From positions 70,358 to 134,357 of the forward strand of contig CAZACP010000001.1 of the NCBI GenBank assembly GCA_964483665.1: a DNA stretch of 64,000 bases, in the 5' to 3' direction. The translations under genes and the position numbers were made by a program. The notes under the pieces were generated by a model that saw only the letters and a program-made list of their open reading frames with translations, made no database searches and had not been told where the DNA came from. The first letter of the stretch is position 1. Each line of letters starts with the position of its first letter. Below are positions 63,189-64,000 of this stretch, one piece after another. This stretch comes from an uncultured Candidatus Saccharibacteria bacterium. Its GTDB lineage: Bacteria; Patescibacteriota; Doudnabacteria; UBA920.

Positions 63189-63563
63189 TTAGATTTTCAA
63201 ATTCAAAAATATTTCTAAAATAGCAAAAGGCAGAAAAACGCTTAACATTACCCACCAAAACAGCAACCCATGAGCCGATAAAGTTAAGCAGATTATTAAA
63301 AAAATACTAAGCAGAAGCGCTTGCCTAAGACTGTTCGAAAGGTTTACGGAAAAAATCCCCTTTGAGGCAAATTTTCTGAATGTTACCCCTAGTAAGGTAA
63401 GCAGTCCGGTTGAGAAAAGAAAAATACTTATATAGAGAGATAAAATTATTAAGTAACCGGAGTTTTCAGGGTCTGTATAAAATAATATGCTAGCAAGCGA
63501 AAACCCGGAGAGAGCTGTCGCGCCTATTATTGTCAATATGAATTTTTTGGCTTCAAAAAACAT
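63189..63563 (-). CDS. Hypothetical small membrane protein (4 TM)
   Basis: 124-aa hydrophobic ORF. Confidence 0.4.
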   Translation of the reverse strand: MFFEAKKFILTIIGATALSGFSLASILFYTDPENSGYLIILSLYISIFLFSTGLLTLLGVTFRKFASKGIFSVNLSNSLRQALLLSIFLIICLTLSAHGLLFWWVMLSVFLPFAILEIFLNLKI

Positions 63564-63633
63564 TTTTATTATATCACGAATTGCAAAAAAATAAAAATTT
63601 TGTAGTTTTTGATATTAGAGATTATTTTTTGCT

Positions 63634-64000
63634 TTAACGGGCTTCTAAATATTCAAATTCACAATTATGATCCTTGCATTTTTCATGCTCTTCTTTAAAT
63701 AGGTCAAATTTAATAGTTTTGGTAATTTTGTCCATCAGGCTTAGTAATTCTTTTTTTAATTCGTTTATTTTTTCTGAGTCAGCAAGTTCTTCGGTTAAAA
63801 ATTGCTCTTCGTTTTCCCTTAAAAACCAATATTTTAAACCCGAAACTTTTTCTTTTAAGTATTCTTGGGCAGCCCATTGGTAAATATAGAGCTGGTCAAT
63901 ATCGCGCTTTTCGTTTTTTCTTGGTTTTTTGCCGGTTTTGTAGTCGTAAATTACTAGTCCCTCAGGCGCTTCGTCCGCCCGGTCTATACGGCCAACCAGC
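63634..64000 (-). CDS. PD-(D/E)XK nuclease superfamily protein (RecB/AddB/Cas4-like C-terminal nuclease domain), 5' part outside window
   Basis: Minus-strand translation ...LVGRIDRADEAPEGLVIYDYKTGKKP...QWAAQEYL...EHEKCKDHNCEFEYLEAR* has the GRIDRxD...DYKTG nuclease motif and a terminal Cys cluster. The frame is open to the window edge. Confidence 0.6.
   Translation of the reverse strand, partial: LVGRIDRADEAPEGLVIYDYKTGKKPRKNEKRDIDQLYIYQWAAQEYLKEKVSGLKYWFLRENEEQFLTEELADSEKINELKKELLSLMDKITKTIKFDLFKEEHEKCKDHNCEFEYLEAR

Overview
This is an AT-rich, gene-dense bacterial window carrying mostly informational and housekeeping genes, with an organisation reminiscent of small-genome Patescibacteria/CPR-like lineages; that taxonomic guess is inference only. 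Standard code 11 applies: prfA and several other genes end on TGA, TAA or TAG.

Core genes recognised from the sequence:
- An ABC-F ATPase, partial at the window edge.
- A type IV prepilin-like gene.
- An MsbA-like ABC exporter, split by a frameshift.
- gpmI, rpmG, ahcY, a P-type ATPase, a DedA protein, an AlkD-like DNA alkylation repair gene, engB, trhO, tsf, rpsB, rpmE, prfA, prmC, a polysaccharide deacetylase, rplY, a SEDS protein (ftsW/rodA), dnaE, thrS, map, two adenylate-kinase paralogs, a KefB-like CPA2 antiporter, cysS, dnaB, recR and rplU.
- A glycosylation cluster: an MraY/WecA-family phosphotransferase, a GT2 enzyme and two GT-C PMT/ArnT-like enzymes.
- A UMP-kinase-like gene, an FtsQ-like gene, serS, a NUDIX hydrolase, lysS, greA, gyrB, pheS, a stand-alone tRNA-binding-domain protein, a large protein with TSP3 repeats and pilin-like domains, and a partial PD-(D/E)XK (RecB-like) nuclease at the right edge.
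- Four tRNAs: Trp-CCA, Thr-TGT, Tyr-GTA and Thr-GGT. A degenerate second tRNA-Thr copy is interrupted by GC-rich hairpin mini-elements.

I found no single obvious novel system. The things most worth a second look are:
- Several short GC-rich islands in the AT-rich background. They carry foreign-looking genes (two small divergent genes, a Cys-rich secreted protein, a 209-aa hypothetical next to the tRNA-Trp 3' end, and a small Cys protein after map). Three of these genes share a strong CAAGGAGTG/AAAGGAGTG ribosome-binding site that the native genes I checked lack.
- A roughly 600-nt GC-rich, hairpin-dense stretch between dnaE and thrS that does not look like coding sequence.
- At least four families of short dispersed or inverted repeats at gene boundaries.
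- Perfect palindromes inserted in-frame into dnaE and gpmI.
- A small unknown gene translationally wedged between prfA and prmC.
- A winged-helix plus Cas2/VapD-like (PaaX-like) protein with no CRISPR array anywhere in the window.
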